Translations under genes and position numbers: made by a program
Shown here: positions 1-10,454 of the stretch, in pieces
How the letters are laid out: each line of letters opens with the position of its first letter
Numbering within the stretch: the stretch's first letter is position 1
Assembly (NCBI GenBank): GCA_946533675.1
Contig: CAMNBZ010000001.1
Coordinates: 64,224 to 128,223 of the forward strand
Source: an uncultured Verrucomicrobiota bacterium
GTDB taxonomy: Bacteria > Verrucomicrobiota > Kiritimatiellia > RFP12 > UBA1067
Direction: 5' to 3'
Length of the DNA: 64,000 bases
Notes under the pieces: model-generated
What the model saw: the letters and a program-made list of their open reading frames with translations, nothing else
Databases searched by the model: none
What the model was told of the DNA's origin: nothing

Positions 1-275
1 CTTACCAGCTCAACGACATTCCGCGCAAACCTGCATGACGGACGATGAACAAGCCTACCATCGTATGCACTTCCAAGCGCATAGTAGGAGACGCCATTTA
101 TAGTCTCTTGCAGACCTTCAGGCCCTGCTGAACAGATATGCAATTCGATTTGGGGCGCATACTTCCGGATTGCATCAACAAGCGATGGCAACCATCCCCC
201 TTGATTGATTTTTGTAAGGCCAATCCGTTCTGCAAATCCCGGAAGAACTATATTTGTAAACCAAAGGACTTTCAT
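1..275 (-). CDS. glycosyltransferase, N-terminal part (gene runs off the left edge)
   Basis: Manual minus-strand translation from ATG 273-275 gives MKVLWFTNIVLPGFAERIGLTKINQGGWLPSLVDAIRKYAPQIELH..., open to position 1. It resembles the N-terminal half of GT-B enzymes. It is absent from the ORF track because no stop falls in the window. Confidence 0.5.
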   Translation of the reverse strand, partial: MKVLWFTNIVLPGFAERIGLTKINQGGWLPSLVDAIRKYAPQIELHICSAGPEGLQETINGVSYYALGSAYDGRLVHRPSCRFARNVVELV

Positions 276-278
276 TAT

Positions 279-1499
279 CTAGAATCTCCCAAATGGCGAA
301 TTGTGTTCAACGACAATAACCCCCCTAGCCCCCCTACCAAGAAGGGAGTACCACTTGGCAACAATGCCATCGAGACAATATTCGTTCGTTTTTGCTATCG
401 CTGAGCGCGCCATTTTCATGCGCATATCTTCATCTTTCATCACACATTCCAACCGCTTCGCAAATTGTTTTTTGTCAAACGGCTTTATCAAAAAGCCGCT
501 AACAAAGTCCTCCACAATGTCTGATGCGGATGCAAATGAGTTGAAAACGACAGGGACACATCCTTGCCTCATTGCCTCGCCTAGCACCATAGGCCAACCT
601 TCAAAATTAGATGCCATTACAAACACTGATGCTTCCTTGTAGTATGGCGTGGGATCTTTCTGGAATCCTTCGAATGAAACCTGCTGCAAGCCAATACGCC
701 TTGCCATTTCTTCAAGTTCCATCCGCTTCGGCCCGTCACCAACTATCTTGAATATCCAACAAGGGTACTTTTTTTCAATAATTGCCCATACCTGCAACAG
801 CCTTTCAACGCCTTTTGTTGTGATTAATGAGCCTACAAATAGGATAGTTTTCTTTTTTACAATATTAGCACTATAAGTTTCTCCCACGATTGGATTTGGT
901 ATGGCGCAGAGTTTTTGCATCCGTTTCTTCCCGACTAACCTCCTTATCTGAGAAAAGTAGTTGCCTGAAAGGACAACATAACAGTCCGACTTGTCAAAAA
1001 GCAGTTTACGCCGGCAACTTTCGTAATAAAAGCGCCTCAAATATAGGTATGGGCGCAAAATAGATATCGCAAGCCGTCTCAACAATCCGATTTCATGCCT
1101 ATGTTTCGTTTGTGCATTGCACGATAGGCATGGTGCCGAAAGTTCTTCTGGAACCAAAGATGGTAAACAATAATTATTACGCCACATCTCCACAACATCA
1201 AACAACATATCGTGGATATTTGCATAGGAATCCTGAAAGATGATTTTAGCAGGTTGAAATGCGACAAGAATCGACAAAAATGCAGAACGATTGGAGGGAG
1301 AGTCAAGATAAGGTTCTGGCAACTCGCGCCACTCGATGCCCTGAACCAGTTTCCCTAGCAGATTGGACCCTTCTTTGTGGACAAAAGAAACGATGCATAC
1401 ACGATGCCCGTCCTTGGCAAACCTGTTGGCAAGAATCGTCGTCACGGTCTCAATGCCGCCAAAAGCTGGATACTGATGCTGATAAAAGAGTATATTCAT
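279..1499 (-). CDS. glycosyltransferase family 4 (GT-B fold)
   Basis: ORF 279..1571. Start moved to ATG 1497-1499 (MNILFYQHQYPAFGGIETV), which forms a tcat/ATGA overlap with the upstream stop. C-terminal EGWPMVLGEAMRQGCVPVV is the GT4 E-x7-E region. Confidence 0.85.
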   Translation of the reverse strand: MNILFYQHQYPAFGGIETVTTILANRFAKDGHRVCIVSFVHKEGSNLLGKLVQGIEWRELPEPYLDSPSNRSAFLSILVAFQPAKIIFQDSYANIHDMLFDVVEMWRNNYCLPSLVPEELSAPCLSCNAQTKHRHEIGLLRRLAISILRPYLYLRRFYYESCRRKLLFDKSDCYVVLSGNYFSQIRRLVGKKRMQKLCAIPNPIVGETYSANIVKKKTILFVGSLITTKGVERLLQVWAIIEKKYPCWIFKIVGDGPKRMELEEMARRIGLQQVSFEGFQKDPTPYYKEASVFVMASNFEGWPMVLGEAMRQGCVPVVFNSFASASDIVEDFVSGFLIKPFDKKQFAKRLECVMKDEDMRMKMARSAIAKTNEYCLDGIVAKWYSLLGRGARGVIVVEHNSPFGRF

Positions 1500-2590
1500 G
1501 CCAATGCCACTTCCAAATACTTCTTTCCGAAGTCTGCGAGTCTCACGATATGTGCATCCACATCGCCCCAATCAACATCTACATAATCTACACGTTCTAC
1601 ATGTTCTACACGGCCAATCAACCCCACCCCCTCCAGCAGCGACAACATCCTCGCATCCGATGCCTTGCCGTTCAACGCCACGGTAAACGGCCTATGAAAC
1701 ATCAGTGAGAACACCGTACCATGAAACGAATTCGTTACCACATACTCCGCATGATGCATGAACCAAAGCCATTCCGCCGGTCCCAATGCCGTCACATGCT
1801 TCGCCTTGCCCGGCAGATACCATCTCGCCAGCTGCCCGCCAGGAAGATGTACGACTGGCAATCCCATCTTCTTGCCAAGATCAATCGCCGCATCCTCCGC
1901 CCAAGGATGTCCGCAGATTGTATAGACGGCTATGTATTTCTCCGGCAATCCAAAGCGCGGCTTCCGCTCGATGGCCTCGTAGTCCGCCCGTCCCAGCAGA
2001 AGCGTCGGATCGCATACAACAATCGCATCACGTCCGCAAAGCCGCTTGACGATCTCCGCACCCTGCGGTTCGCGCACGGAAAGCGCGTCAAAGCGCGAAA
2101 GCCATTCCGACATCTTCTGTTCTAGTTCCGCCAAGAACTTATCCACGCCAAAACTCGGCGCATACGAGATGCGCTTGACACCATCGGGAACATCCGCAAG
2201 AAAATACATATCGTTACCCTCGTTGATGACAGGATGCCATACCTGATCGCTGCCAACGATGAGATGAGTGTAGCCTCCACTGCCGATTCTGGACTTCTTC
2301 ACCTTGCCGCCCAGTTTCATCTGTTCATTCAGGAATCTTCGGTAAAGATGGCGACGATATGATTCGATTGCGAATGTCTTGAAGAAAGTATTGAACCCAT
2401 TGTAGAACGAACCGACGAAATGCCTAAAGCTGTTGCACCGCAGATAATATTTGCACGGCCAGCCAATCTTGCCGTAGTTCACAATGGATGCGTCATGCCC
2501 GCATTTGCGAAGATGCGTCTGCAAGGCCCACGCCTGCAAGGCAGCGCCACAGTTAAGCGAATGGTGAAATGTCAGAATGCCTATCTTCAT
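1496..2590 (-). CDS. polysaccharide pyruvyl transferase family protein
   Basis: MKIGILTFHHSLNCGAALQAWALQ and GSDQVWHP are typical of the PS_pyruv_trans (CsaB/WcaK-like) family. ATG verified at 2588-2590. Confidence 0.85.
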   Translation of the reverse strand: MKIGILTFHHSLNCGAALQAWALQTHLRKCGHDASIVNYGKIGWPCKYYLRCNSFRHFVGSFYNGFNTFFKTFAIESYRRHLYRRFLNEQMKLGGKVKKSRIGSGGYTHLIVGSDQVWHPVINEGNDMYFLADVPDGVKRISYAPSFGVDKFLAELEQKMSEWLSRFDALSVREPQGAEIVKRLCGRDAIVVCDPTLLLGRADYEAIERKPRFGLPEKYIAVYTICGHPWAEDAAIDLGKKMGLPVVHLPGGQLARWYLPGKAKHVTALGPAEWLWFMHHAEYVVTNSFHGTVFSLMFHRPFTVALNGKASDARMLSLLEGVGLIGRVEHVERVDYVDVDWGDVDAHIVRLADFGKKYLEVALA

Positions 2591-3570
2591 ATATCACCCA
2601 GCATTCTTTGCCTTACTTTCGAAAAAATCATACGCAGCCTACTGCGGACATATGCCATCATACCAATTCTCAATCTATACTTTTCCGCCAATTCGCCGAA
2701 ATCCATCTTTCCGGAATCTGCCGCGAAGTTCTCCCATTGCACTGGCTTGCTCGGCGACTCCACAATCGGCAGATTTTTGGCTATCACATCTTTTGCCGAC
2801 AATTCTTTCCGCCCAATGTCCAATTCGTTAAATGCGGCATGGCCATTTTGGGTATGAACAAGCACGCAGCTAACACCGGCACTTACCTTGGCACGGCTCA
2901 ATTCCGGGTATAATTCTTCCGCCCCCCAAAGGTCGCCAATCGTAATGTCGGAAGATCGTTCGATGCCCCTGAACTGGCATTTGAAACAGCATCCACTAAA
3001 ACCCAGCCCTGAATAGAATGCTTGCGAATAAGGATCTAATAGACTCATCTTGATTGTTGACGAGCCATCCTCCCAATCGTAGCGGTAATAGGTCTTTCGT
3101 TTCCACCCATATTTCTTGTCTCTAGGATTGATGTTGACGAGCCGCTTACCGTTCTTTCGCTCAAGCCATGATACGTATTTGAGCCATAGCTTCTGAGGCG
3201 GTGCACCAAAACATATCAAATCCACGACAAGCAGATGTGGATGGTTACCAAACATCTTTCTGATTGCTGCGCATTGGCAAGGCAGCCCTGAAAACAACAC
3301 GTATTTCCCGTTTTCAAGCGCACTGCGTACGGAAAAATACACCTCTCTAGATATCTCGCCATGTACATATTTGACACCTCGTAACGCAGCCAATTCATCT
3401 CCTGTTCGCGCAATTCTGTGTCCCACCCGAAGTCCATCACCGTAAGCGGCGCCAACGACTATGCCGCCCTGACGAAGTATCGAGAACGAAAGTTCGGAAA
3501 ACACGCCACCACTTGTACTCTCGCGAAGTATATCTGCATTTCGCGACCACGCCGCAAAAGCGCGAGTCAT
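2587..3570 (-). CDS. coenzyme F420 hydrogenase/dehydrogenase beta-subunit-like (FrhB family) protein
   Basis: STSGGVFSEL and GLPCQCAAIRK motifs. This family is commonly paired with pyruvyl transferases in capsule loci. Start ambiguous: ATG 3568-3570 (ATGA-coupled) or 3574-3576; the track ORF extends to 3714. Confidence 0.7.
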   Translation of the reverse strand: MTRAFAAWSRNADILRESTSGGVFSELSFSILRQGGIVVGAAYGDGLRVGHRIARTGDELAALRGVKYVHGEISREVYFSVRSALENGKYVLFSGLPCQCAAIRKMFGNHPHLLVVDLICFGAPPQKLWLKYVSWLERKNGKRLVNINPRDKKYGWKRKTYYRYDWEDGSSTIKMSLLDPYSQAFYSGLGFSGCCFKCQFRGIERSSDITIGDLWGAEELYPELSRAKVSAGVSCVLVHTQNGHAAFNELDIGRKELSAKDVIAKNLPIVESPSKPVQWENFAADSGKMDFGELAEKYRLRIGMMAYVRSRLRMIFSKVRQRMLGDI

Positions 3571-4571
3571 CCGCATGCCTCCTTTAGCTTTCTGATAGCC
3601 GAAAGCATCATCCACATAGGACACCATTGACCACGGCGGATGAATTGCTGATATGCAAATCTCTTTACCGACTTCATTCTGCCCTTGTCCATCTGCATTG
3701 ACATATCCGTGCAAAGAGTATTTTCAAGTGATTGCAACTTGGGCGGCAGGTGCTTTGCAGCGTTCTTTACATCGACAATTCCTGCATTGGCGATATAGTC
3801 TAGAACTATTGCCGTGACATATCCGGCTAGACGTTGTTTTGCCAATGAATCCGCATTGGCTTCATGTAGTGTAGTCTGTGTACTGACATACCATCTCTGC
3901 ATCTCGCTTATCAATCGCTCGATGTCTTCAACAGTCCTTCTCCGCCACGCCGATGTTTCGCTGTCTCTATACCAATAACCCGCGAAATTGCATTTGACGG
4001 CCCTTTGCACATTAAGAAGAGCATCAAGGTTGAAAATCGCATCTTCGTAAACCTTCATACCTCCACGAAATCGGACATCACGAAGGACCACCCTGCGATA
4101 GAAATTTTGGACAGTAAGTCCACCGCGTAGGATACTGAAGTCAAACACGTCACGGCCGAAGAGTTCTTGAATTTGCGAAGTGCGACTGTATTTAGGGAAT
4201 GGAAGTTTTCTCGAAACGGACAACTTTATCATGTCTGTATTAGTTGTGGCGGAATCCCTTACAGCCTCAAGCCAATGAACAGATAGGATATCGTCTGCAT
4301 CAACAAATCCAACATACTCACCCTTCGCCACGTCAAGTCCGGCGTTCCTTGCTACGGAAACCCCACCATTCTTTTTCATGTTTATGACGCGAAACCTACT
4401 ATCGGTTTTTGCATATGCGTCGAGAATCCCTTCGCTTTCATCACTAGAGCCGTCATTTACGCAAATACATTCCCACTCTGCCACACTTTGCGCAAGAACG
4501 GAATCCAGACACTCACGCAAATGTGCCGCTGCATTGAATACTGGAATGATTACTGAGAATTTGGATTTCAT
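3567..4571 (-). CDS. glycosyltransferase family 2
   Basis: MKSKFSVIIPVFNAAAHLRECLDSVLAQS..CVNDGSSDES..FVDADD. Start at ATG 4569-4571, overlapping the upstream stop by 1 nt (TGATG). Confidence 0.85.
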   Translation of the reverse strand: MKSKFSVIIPVFNAAAHLRECLDSVLAQSVAEWECICVNDGSSDESEGILDAYAKTDSRFRVINMKKNGGVSVARNAGLDVAKGEYVGFVDADDILSVHWLEAVRDSATTNTDMIKLSVSRKLPFPKYSRTSQIQELFGRDVFDFSILRGGLTVQNFYRRVVLRDVRFRGGMKVYEDAIFNLDALLNVQRAVKCNFAGYWYRDSETSAWRRRTVEDIERLISEMQRWYVSTQTTLHEANADSLAKQRLAGYVTAIVLDYIANAGIVDVKNAAKHLPPKLQSLENTLCTDMSMQMDKGRMKSVKRFAYQQFIRRGQWCPMWMMLSAIRKLKEACG

Positions 4572-5660
4572 CAAGCGCAACGCCTTCTTTCTCTTATCGC
4601 ACAAATCAAGTAACCATAAATCATTGAGATAAGCAATGGGATGAAAACCCCAACAATTGAATATGCCCACCACCATCGTGGAGAAAGAATTGCAATTGTA
4701 GGAAATTCGTCCAACTGTCCTCTCTCCCCAGACATGATGAGCAGACAAGAAATTATTTTGAACGACAGAAAATGCCATGTCAAAATCGAAAGAGTGTGAT
4801 CCCCTATATAAGTTAGCAACTTCAAGAAGAAAGGCGTTCGCGCTAGAATCGAACTGAAAAACATTACTATCAATATTCCACCTATTGCGGAAAGAACATA
4901 CAACGGCGAATTAAGTGCAGAACAAGAAGTCAGGCTTGTACGCCAAAATGCGAACCCTGACAACAACACCACTGCAGCAGACGAAAGAATTACCGCGCAA
5001 TGAAACCTTCCCTTGCAAATCACTGCTTCAAAACGATTGAAATAATGTCCTGCTGCAAAGAAAACCACAGCGAACATCCCATTACCGAACATCCAGAAAT
5101 ACGGAATCCTATGAATCAGGACTTTGCCCGCCAACGACATGAGCGCGAATGCGGCTAGACAAAGGAATCCTGAAGCACCGCGCTTGTATTCCAAAAGGCG
5201 CAACAGCGTGAACGCAAAGACCTCCGCAATGAACAAAGCAGGCAAGAACCAGTACGCGCCCATTAAATCTTCCGTATAAAGCTGGAAGGTCAGGATCTTG
5301 AACACACGAAAAATAACGTCGGACACCGAATAATTCGTGCCTTCGATAAGTCCGCATGATATAAACGGGTTGTGCAAAACGATGAATACCACTGACCATA
5401 AAAACGATGAATACCACTGACCATAGAAAATACGGCAACAATATGCCCTTTACTCTACGCCGTAAAAATGCGCTGGGATAAGCGTAGTGATCGGTATTGA
5501 AACAGTATCCCGCCGTAAAAAAGAACAACGGCATGTGGAACAAATTCACGAAACCCTCAAAACCGGAAGGCGTAAGGTGCAGTGCGTGCCCCATCACCAT
5601 GAGGATTATGGCAATGCCTTTGGCAATCGATATCCGAGGATTTCTCTTTTTCGTCCTCAT
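4571..5660 (-). pseudogene. acyltransferase family 3 (O-acyltransferase), frameshifted by a 25-bp tandem duplication
   Basis: Track ORFs 5109..5738 (N-terminal part: IAKGIAIILMVMGHAL..FHMPLFFFTAGY) and 4571..5392 (C-terminal multi-TM part) are two frames of one gene. The frame switch coincides with the duplication at 5376-5425. Start ATG 5658-5660 is ATGA-coupled. Confidence 0.75.
5376..5425. repeat. perfect 25-bp tandem duplication (aaaacgatgaataccactgaccata x2)
   Basis: Read directly: 5376-5400 is identical to 5401-5425. 25 is not a multiple of 3. Confidence 0.95.
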
Positions 5661-6640
5661 CCAAATACTTTCAGCGCGGACCGAAATGCCTTCCGGAGCA
5701 TAGAGAAATAAATGCTTCGCTTCCTCACGTATCCACATCCTGAAATACTCTTCATAATCTTAATAGTGTCGTCAACGCCCCGTGCATAACCAACAAGTTG
5801 CAGAAGCAGTGCCTTTGCCAGCAATGGATATCCAGCCTTCAAACGGCACAACGTTGCGCGATCTTCGTCGCTTGTTACCATAGATTCACCATTCTCTTCG
5901 ATTAAGCGACTAAACCAATCGTAAAACTGGAGAGTTGCCTCGCATTTCTGGAGTACACCCTTGGATGGATGCGAAATCTGTATCGGCGAATCTCTGTACA
6001 TACCGAGCATCTGTGGCGCAAACAGCACCCCGCCATTCTTGTATGATGCAAGAAGGTACATTGTCTTGGTATCCGAAAACCATCCAAGAGGGTATTTTGC
6101 GATACCACCGATTGCTTCAAGCGATGATCTTCGAATAAACCACTCAAATAAAGTCAGATGTCGTCTTCGCACTTCATGCATCATCATAAAATATAGCGCC
6201 GTCTCATGATTAAGCACTGGAACGCCAGCATCCGTTAGTTGTCCGATTTCGTCAATATGCCCAACTCGGCACGAGAATAGTGAGACCTTAGGGTTAGACT
6301 CGCCAAGTTCGACCATTCTCTCCAAATATGTCGGCTTATAGACATCATCGTCTGAAGCAAGCACAATATATCTTCCCCTCGCAAACGCGCAAGCGTGGCG
6401 ATAAGCTCCAGAAAGGTCAATTCCTCCAATGTTCTTGGCATTCCTGCGGTAAACAATCCGTTCGTCGTTAAACTCATCTAAAACAGAGGGGAAATCGAAT
6501 GGCGAAGCATCATCAACCACGATGAGTTCAAAATCTCTGTACGTCTGCGCAAGTATGCTTTTTACGGACTCCTTGAAGAACTCGCCCTTGTAGGCTGGTA
6601 GCACAACAGAGACCATCGGTGTCATATCTTTGCTTGTCAT
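5657..6640 (-). CDS. glycosyltransferase family 2
   Basis: VSVVLPAYKGEFFKESVKSILAQTYRDFELIVVDDASP..ASDDD. Confidence 0.85.
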   Translation of the reverse strand: MTSKDMTPMVSVVLPAYKGEFFKESVKSILAQTYRDFELIVVDDASPFDFPSVLDEFNDERIVYRRNAKNIGGIDLSGAYRHACAFARGRYIVLASDDDVYKPTYLERMVELGESNPKVSLFSCRVGHIDEIGQLTDAGVPVLNHETALYFMMMHEVRRRHLTLFEWFIRRSSLEAIGGIAKYPLGWFSDTKTMYLLASYKNGGVLFAPQMLGMYRDSPIQISHPSKGVLQKCEATLQFYDWFSRLIEENGESMVTSDEDRATLCRLKAGYPLLAKALLLQLVGYARGVDDTIKIMKSISGCGYVRKRSIYFSMLRKAFRSALKVFG

Positions 6641-6981
6641 AGATATACTCCTTCCTCTCTTTCAATTAGCGACACGGCGCTCACGACAAGAACATTTTTC
6701 CTTGTCGTCCCAAGCATGAGACTCTTAGATTGGCATAGGACGTTCACCATCGCAAGGAGCGTCTTTGTGTGATATTACACTTTCCCAGCATCGCCGAGCT
6801 GCATTCTTGACATAATTGGGGGAACAATCGTCCATACTCGTCCAACACCATTCCTATGCAACGAACGAACAAACACCTACCTAACGTACATAAGCAAAAA
6901 AACTTCATCAGCAACAACGCTCTGTGCGACGCTTTATAATTCGTCTGCCTTGTCAAAAAATCCTTATTAAAGGCCATCGCA

Positions 6982-8529
6982 TTACCTGAAAAGCCTTCTC
7001 ACCATATTAACTTTGACCCACTCCTTTTCCGAAGAAGTCAAGACTATAGCCCACGCCATAAATGACAGAACCAATGCCGTACCTGCCGAAACAGCAATAA
7101 CACGAATCAGCGACTGATGCATATTTGCGGCAATAACCATCCCCACTGCGAACGACACACCTCCTGTAACAGCAAGCGGCATGAGTATTGATCTTATCCA
7201 GACAATGACGGATAACCCAACTAGACTTTGCCCAAAGTAGAGTAAAGACACAATCGTACCTACCCCCACAATAACAAACGCCCACCCCACAGAAACAGGG
7301 GACATTCCAAACCTTGCGAATATGTACACAAGCGGGACGGAGAACAGCAATATTCCGCCCGTCACAACCTGATACATTGCAATCTTGCCCTTCGCCATTA
7401 TCGCCGGCATATACCCAGCTGTGAGTTTTGACAGCCAAAAGACAATAATAATGCATCGGCATAGTTCAGCAGCAAACGGCGGGCGCTGTTTTAGCCACAG
7501 TTGCAGCACTTCGTCTATCTCAAGAAACAGCGGTATTGAAAAAAACATGGCAAGGAGCGAACCGAACTTGCAAGCCTGAAACACCAAGCTCTGCACCTTT
7601 TGGCGAGAGCCAGCACCCTCTGCCGCAGTGACTGCGGGTATGAGAGATGTCACCATAGCGTTTGAGAGCGATGTCGCCTGTGCCGACAACTGGTTCGCGA
7701 TGTTGAACGAACCGTTTATCTTCGTGCCATAGAAGAGATTTATCACTATCGCAGTACCCTGATTGCGTAGCATTCCTCCCGCACATCCAAAGAGTTGCCA
7801 ACCAGAAAAAGTAAAAAGTTCCTTTATTTGACGCCAATTCTTCCACAATTGCGGACGAACCCTACATGGAGCAAAATCTCGCCGTGCACGTAACATCTGA
7901 ACAATTGTAATGAAACTCATTATGCACATCGAATAGAACGCATAATATATTAGACGGTCTCCATTGTAGGACGCAATGGTGTAGGCAAATATAAACATGA
8001 ATAGGGTCTTCGCACATTCCCATACTACCATCTCCGCAAAACGTTGCCAAGACCAGAAGAACGAAAGGTACGGTATCGAAACCATGTTGACGAACGTGGT
8101 GACGAGGGAAAATGTAAATACGAAATAGCAAGCGCCCAATCGACTTTCTGGTATCGCCAACCAATGCCCGATTGCGTAGTAGCCGATAGGTGCGCCAACC
8201 GCAATCAGGGCGAGTGGCACGACGGTGTGAACGCAGAGAGCTGTATTGAACCATTGCGTTAGTTCCTCGCATTCGTTGTTTGGTTCAATGTGGTGTTTAC
8301 CGATGACAAATGAATAATAGCGTCCTATGCTCCCCCCAAGAACCGTATTGAAGAAAGATATGAATGTCAGCAATGCCCCAACCACCCCGACAAGCCCAAA
8401 ATCGGACAGCCCCAGCCCGTTCACGACCCAGCGACTGCTGAAAAGTGCAAACACCACGGAAAACACCGTCCGCCCGTATGTGGCAAGCGTGTTGAACACG
8501 ATTCTCTGTGATGGTGTAAGTTTTGGCAT
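6982..8529 (-). CDS. wzx: oligosaccharide flippase (Wzx / MOP superfamily polysaccharide biosynthesis protein)
   Basis: About 12-14 predicted TM helices with a typical Wzx N-terminus (QRIVFNTLATYGRTVFSVVFALFSSRWVV). The track start at 8550 is TTG, so ATG 8527-8529 (MPKLTPSQ) is preferred. Confidence 0.75.
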   Translation of the reverse strand: MPKLTPSQRIVFNTLATYGRTVFSVVFALFSSRWVVNGLGLSDFGLVGVVGALLTFISFFNTVLGGSIGRYYSFVIGKHHIEPNNECEELTQWFNTALCVHTVVPLALIAVGAPIGYYAIGHWLAIPESRLGACYFVFTFSLVTTFVNMVSIPYLSFFWSWQRFAEMVVWECAKTLFMFIFAYTIASYNGDRLIYYAFYSMCIMSFITIVQMLRARRDFAPCRVRPQLWKNWRQIKELFTFSGWQLFGCAGGMLRNQGTAIVINLFYGTKINGSFNIANQLSAQATSLSNAMVTSLIPAVTAAEGAGSRQKVQSLVFQACKFGSLLAMFFSIPLFLEIDEVLQLWLKQRPPFAAELCRCIIIVFWLSKLTAGYMPAIMAKGKIAMYQVVTGGILLFSVPLVYIFARFGMSPVSVGWAFVIVGVGTIVSLLYFGQSLVGLSVIVWIRSILMPLAVTGGVSFAVGMVIAANMHQSLIRVIAVSAGTALVLSFMAWAIVLTSSEKEWVKVNMVRRLFR

Positions 8530-8533
8530 ATTA

Positions 8534-9601
8534 CTACTTTCTGCCGACAATCCTCTTTACGAATCGCTTGACTTGCATTACCTTCCTTCTGCGCTCGCGC
8601 TTTGCAAAAACAGTTTTGGCAAGGCTTGTCGCCATCTGAAAGTTACCGTCCATCAACTTCTGCATCCAACATTTGTCTTCTGCATCCACATCGTCAATCA
8701 CTCCACCGTCTAGTAAGAAATTCGTCTTTTTGGCCAGGCCGACAAGCCCAACACATTCGGCATCATTGCGCTTAACTTGAAGAACATCTCGCATGACATC
8801 GGTGAATGTACACGAGAGGTAAAGCTTTAACGACTGTTCCATTTCCTCAGAAAGCGTATGTGCCCGATAGTAACTCTTGACATATTCGATGGCCTGTACA
8901 ACACCTTCCATGTATGCGCAAGGAACTCTCCCCGTCGTGGCCTTTGGATTACGCCGCCAAAAATAGAGCGGCTGACATATCTTGACCAAAGACTTGATTC
9001 TATTCGCGTTCACGATATTATACGCAAGGTCATCACTACCCCACACGCATTCAGGCAGAGGATGTCCTTCTATGATCTGCCGCCGATAGACATGACTCCA
9101 GACCGTTATGTTCATCTTCTGTGCAAGATACCACTTTAATATGTCCGCCCCCTTGAGCAGGTTTGCCGTATTCAAAACCTCGGTTGGCTCATAAAATGGA
9201 TAGGATTTCGCTTTGAACACCGCTTTGAAGGACGGACGGAGCACCTTGCACTCGCAAACATCTGCGGACGCCGTCTCCATCGTTTTTACCGCCAGCTCAA
9301 GCCATTGAGGATGCAGAATATCATCCTGGTCGACAAATGTAATGTAGTCGCCTTTGGAATGACGGAAGCCGAAATTTCTTGCTGACGCAAGGCCACCATT
9401 TGTTTTTTCTACAAGCTTGAATCTGTCATCGTCTCTTGTCCGCGAAACGGCATACTCTATGCACTCTTGCATTGGCGATCCGTCGTTAACGAATATACAT
9501 TCAAAATCCGAAAGCGTTTGCGCTTGGATGGATTTGATACAATCCCCAAGACAGCGTATGTCGGCATTGTAGAGCGGCAGAATGACTGAAACTTTATGCA
9601 C
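8534..9601 (-). CDS. glycosyltransferase family 2
   Basis: HKVSVILPLYNADIRCLGDCIKSIQAQTLSDFECIFVNDGSP..VDQDD. The start codon at 9599-9601 is GTG. Confidence 0.8.
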   Translation of the reverse strand: MHKVSVILPLYNADIRCLGDCIKSIQAQTLSDFECIFVNDGSPMQECIEYAVSRTRDDDRFKLVEKTNGGLASARNFGFRHSKGDYITFVDQDDILHPQWLELAVKTMETASADVCECKVLRPSFKAVFKAKSYPFYEPTEVLNTANLLKGADILKWYLAQKMNITVWSHVYRRQIIEGHPLPECVWGSDDLAYNIVNANRIKSLVKICQPLYFWRRNPKATTGRVPCAYMEGVVQAIEYVKSYYRAHTLSEEMEQSLKLYLSCTFTDVMRDVLQVKRNDAECVGLVGLAKKTNFLLDGGVIDDVDAEDKCWMQKLMDGNFQMATSLAKTVFAKRERRRKVMQVKRFVKRIVGRK

Positions 9602-10442
9602 GACGATCCCTATCCATTATCTGGTTAATCTTTGTTGCATCGCCCCATACTCCTGGGGAGTCGTATGGGCGATCTGGGAACGCCCCATAGTCGAGAGAAA
9701 TCTTCAGACTGTGGCTTTTAATGAAATTCTCAACAGCCTCTCCAAGAGACAGCGGAACACCGGAACAGCAGTTTATGATGCCGTCCGTTTCCGTCTGCAT
9801 GACTGTGACGGCAATTCGCTCTGCCAATTCTTCCACATGAAGAAAGTCATATTTGTTCTTGCCAGATGTAAATGGGAAAGTCTCTTTCCCAGACTCAGCC
9901 GCCTCAAGAAGCTTCGTGAAAATCGAATGGTTGAAATGGTCGTCTCCGTAGATATAGAATCCTCGCAACCATTGAAATGTTATCGGCTTGTTTTTAAACT
10001 CAACCGACAAAGCCTGACGCAACGCATTCTTGGCAATGCCATACATGGAAAGCGGGTTACACGGAGAGTCTTCGTCTATCGCACCTTCCCAATATCCGAC
10101 TTCGTGCATAGTCCCCATAACCGCAACTTGCTGAATTCCTCGTTCCGTCATCTTTTTGACAAAGTCAAAATGATGATGAAGATTCGCCAGATGGCTTGTT
10201 GCATTGTGTACAAAACCATCTTGCCAGGCGAGATGCAAAAGCACATCGCACCTTGGCAGAATATCAACAAAGCCGGCGTCATTGAGTATGTTCCCGACAT
10301 AAACCTCCGCCAATTCTGGGATGCCCCGGTTGACCATATCAACGGCAACAACCTTTACACCGCGAGAAAGCAGACTTGAAATGACGTGCCTGCCTATATA
10401 GCCAGACGCGCCAGTGACCATTATCGACTTTATGTTTTCCAT
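9594..10442 (-). CDS. NAD-dependent epimerase/dehydratase family protein
   Basis: IMVTGASGYIGRHVISSLLSRGVKVVAVD Rossmann motif. ATG verified. Confidence 0.85.
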   Translation of the reverse strand: MENIKSIMVTGASGYIGRHVISSLLSRGVKVVAVDMVNRGIPELAEVYVGNILNDAGFVDILPRCDVLLHLAWQDGFVHNATSHLANLHHHFDFVKKMTERGIQQVAVMGTMHEVGYWEGAIDEDSPCNPLSMYGIAKNALRQALSVEFKNKPITFQWLRGFYIYGDDHFNHSIFTKLLEAAESGKETFPFTSGKNKYDFLHVEELAERIAVTVMQTETDGIINCCSGVPLSLGEAVENFIKSHSLKISLDYGAFPDRPYDSPGVWGDATKINQIMDRDRRA

Positions 10443-10454
10443 TTTCTTTTCTCC

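Noticed and set aside
6744-6977. 77-aa ORF in the 340-bp gap between the flippase and the GT2 gene.
   Set aside because: It has Cys/Leu/Arg-rich odd composition, no SD and no motifs. The gap more likely holds an internal promoter of the glycan locus.
9582-10379. 265-aa plus-strand ORF in the AT-rich locus. The same applies to 138..404, 301..642, 1259..1708, 14297..14740 and 17130..17483.
   Set aside because: These lie antisense to, or overlap, well-supported minus-strand genes (epimerase, GTs, MBL-like). They show no motifs and odd composition.
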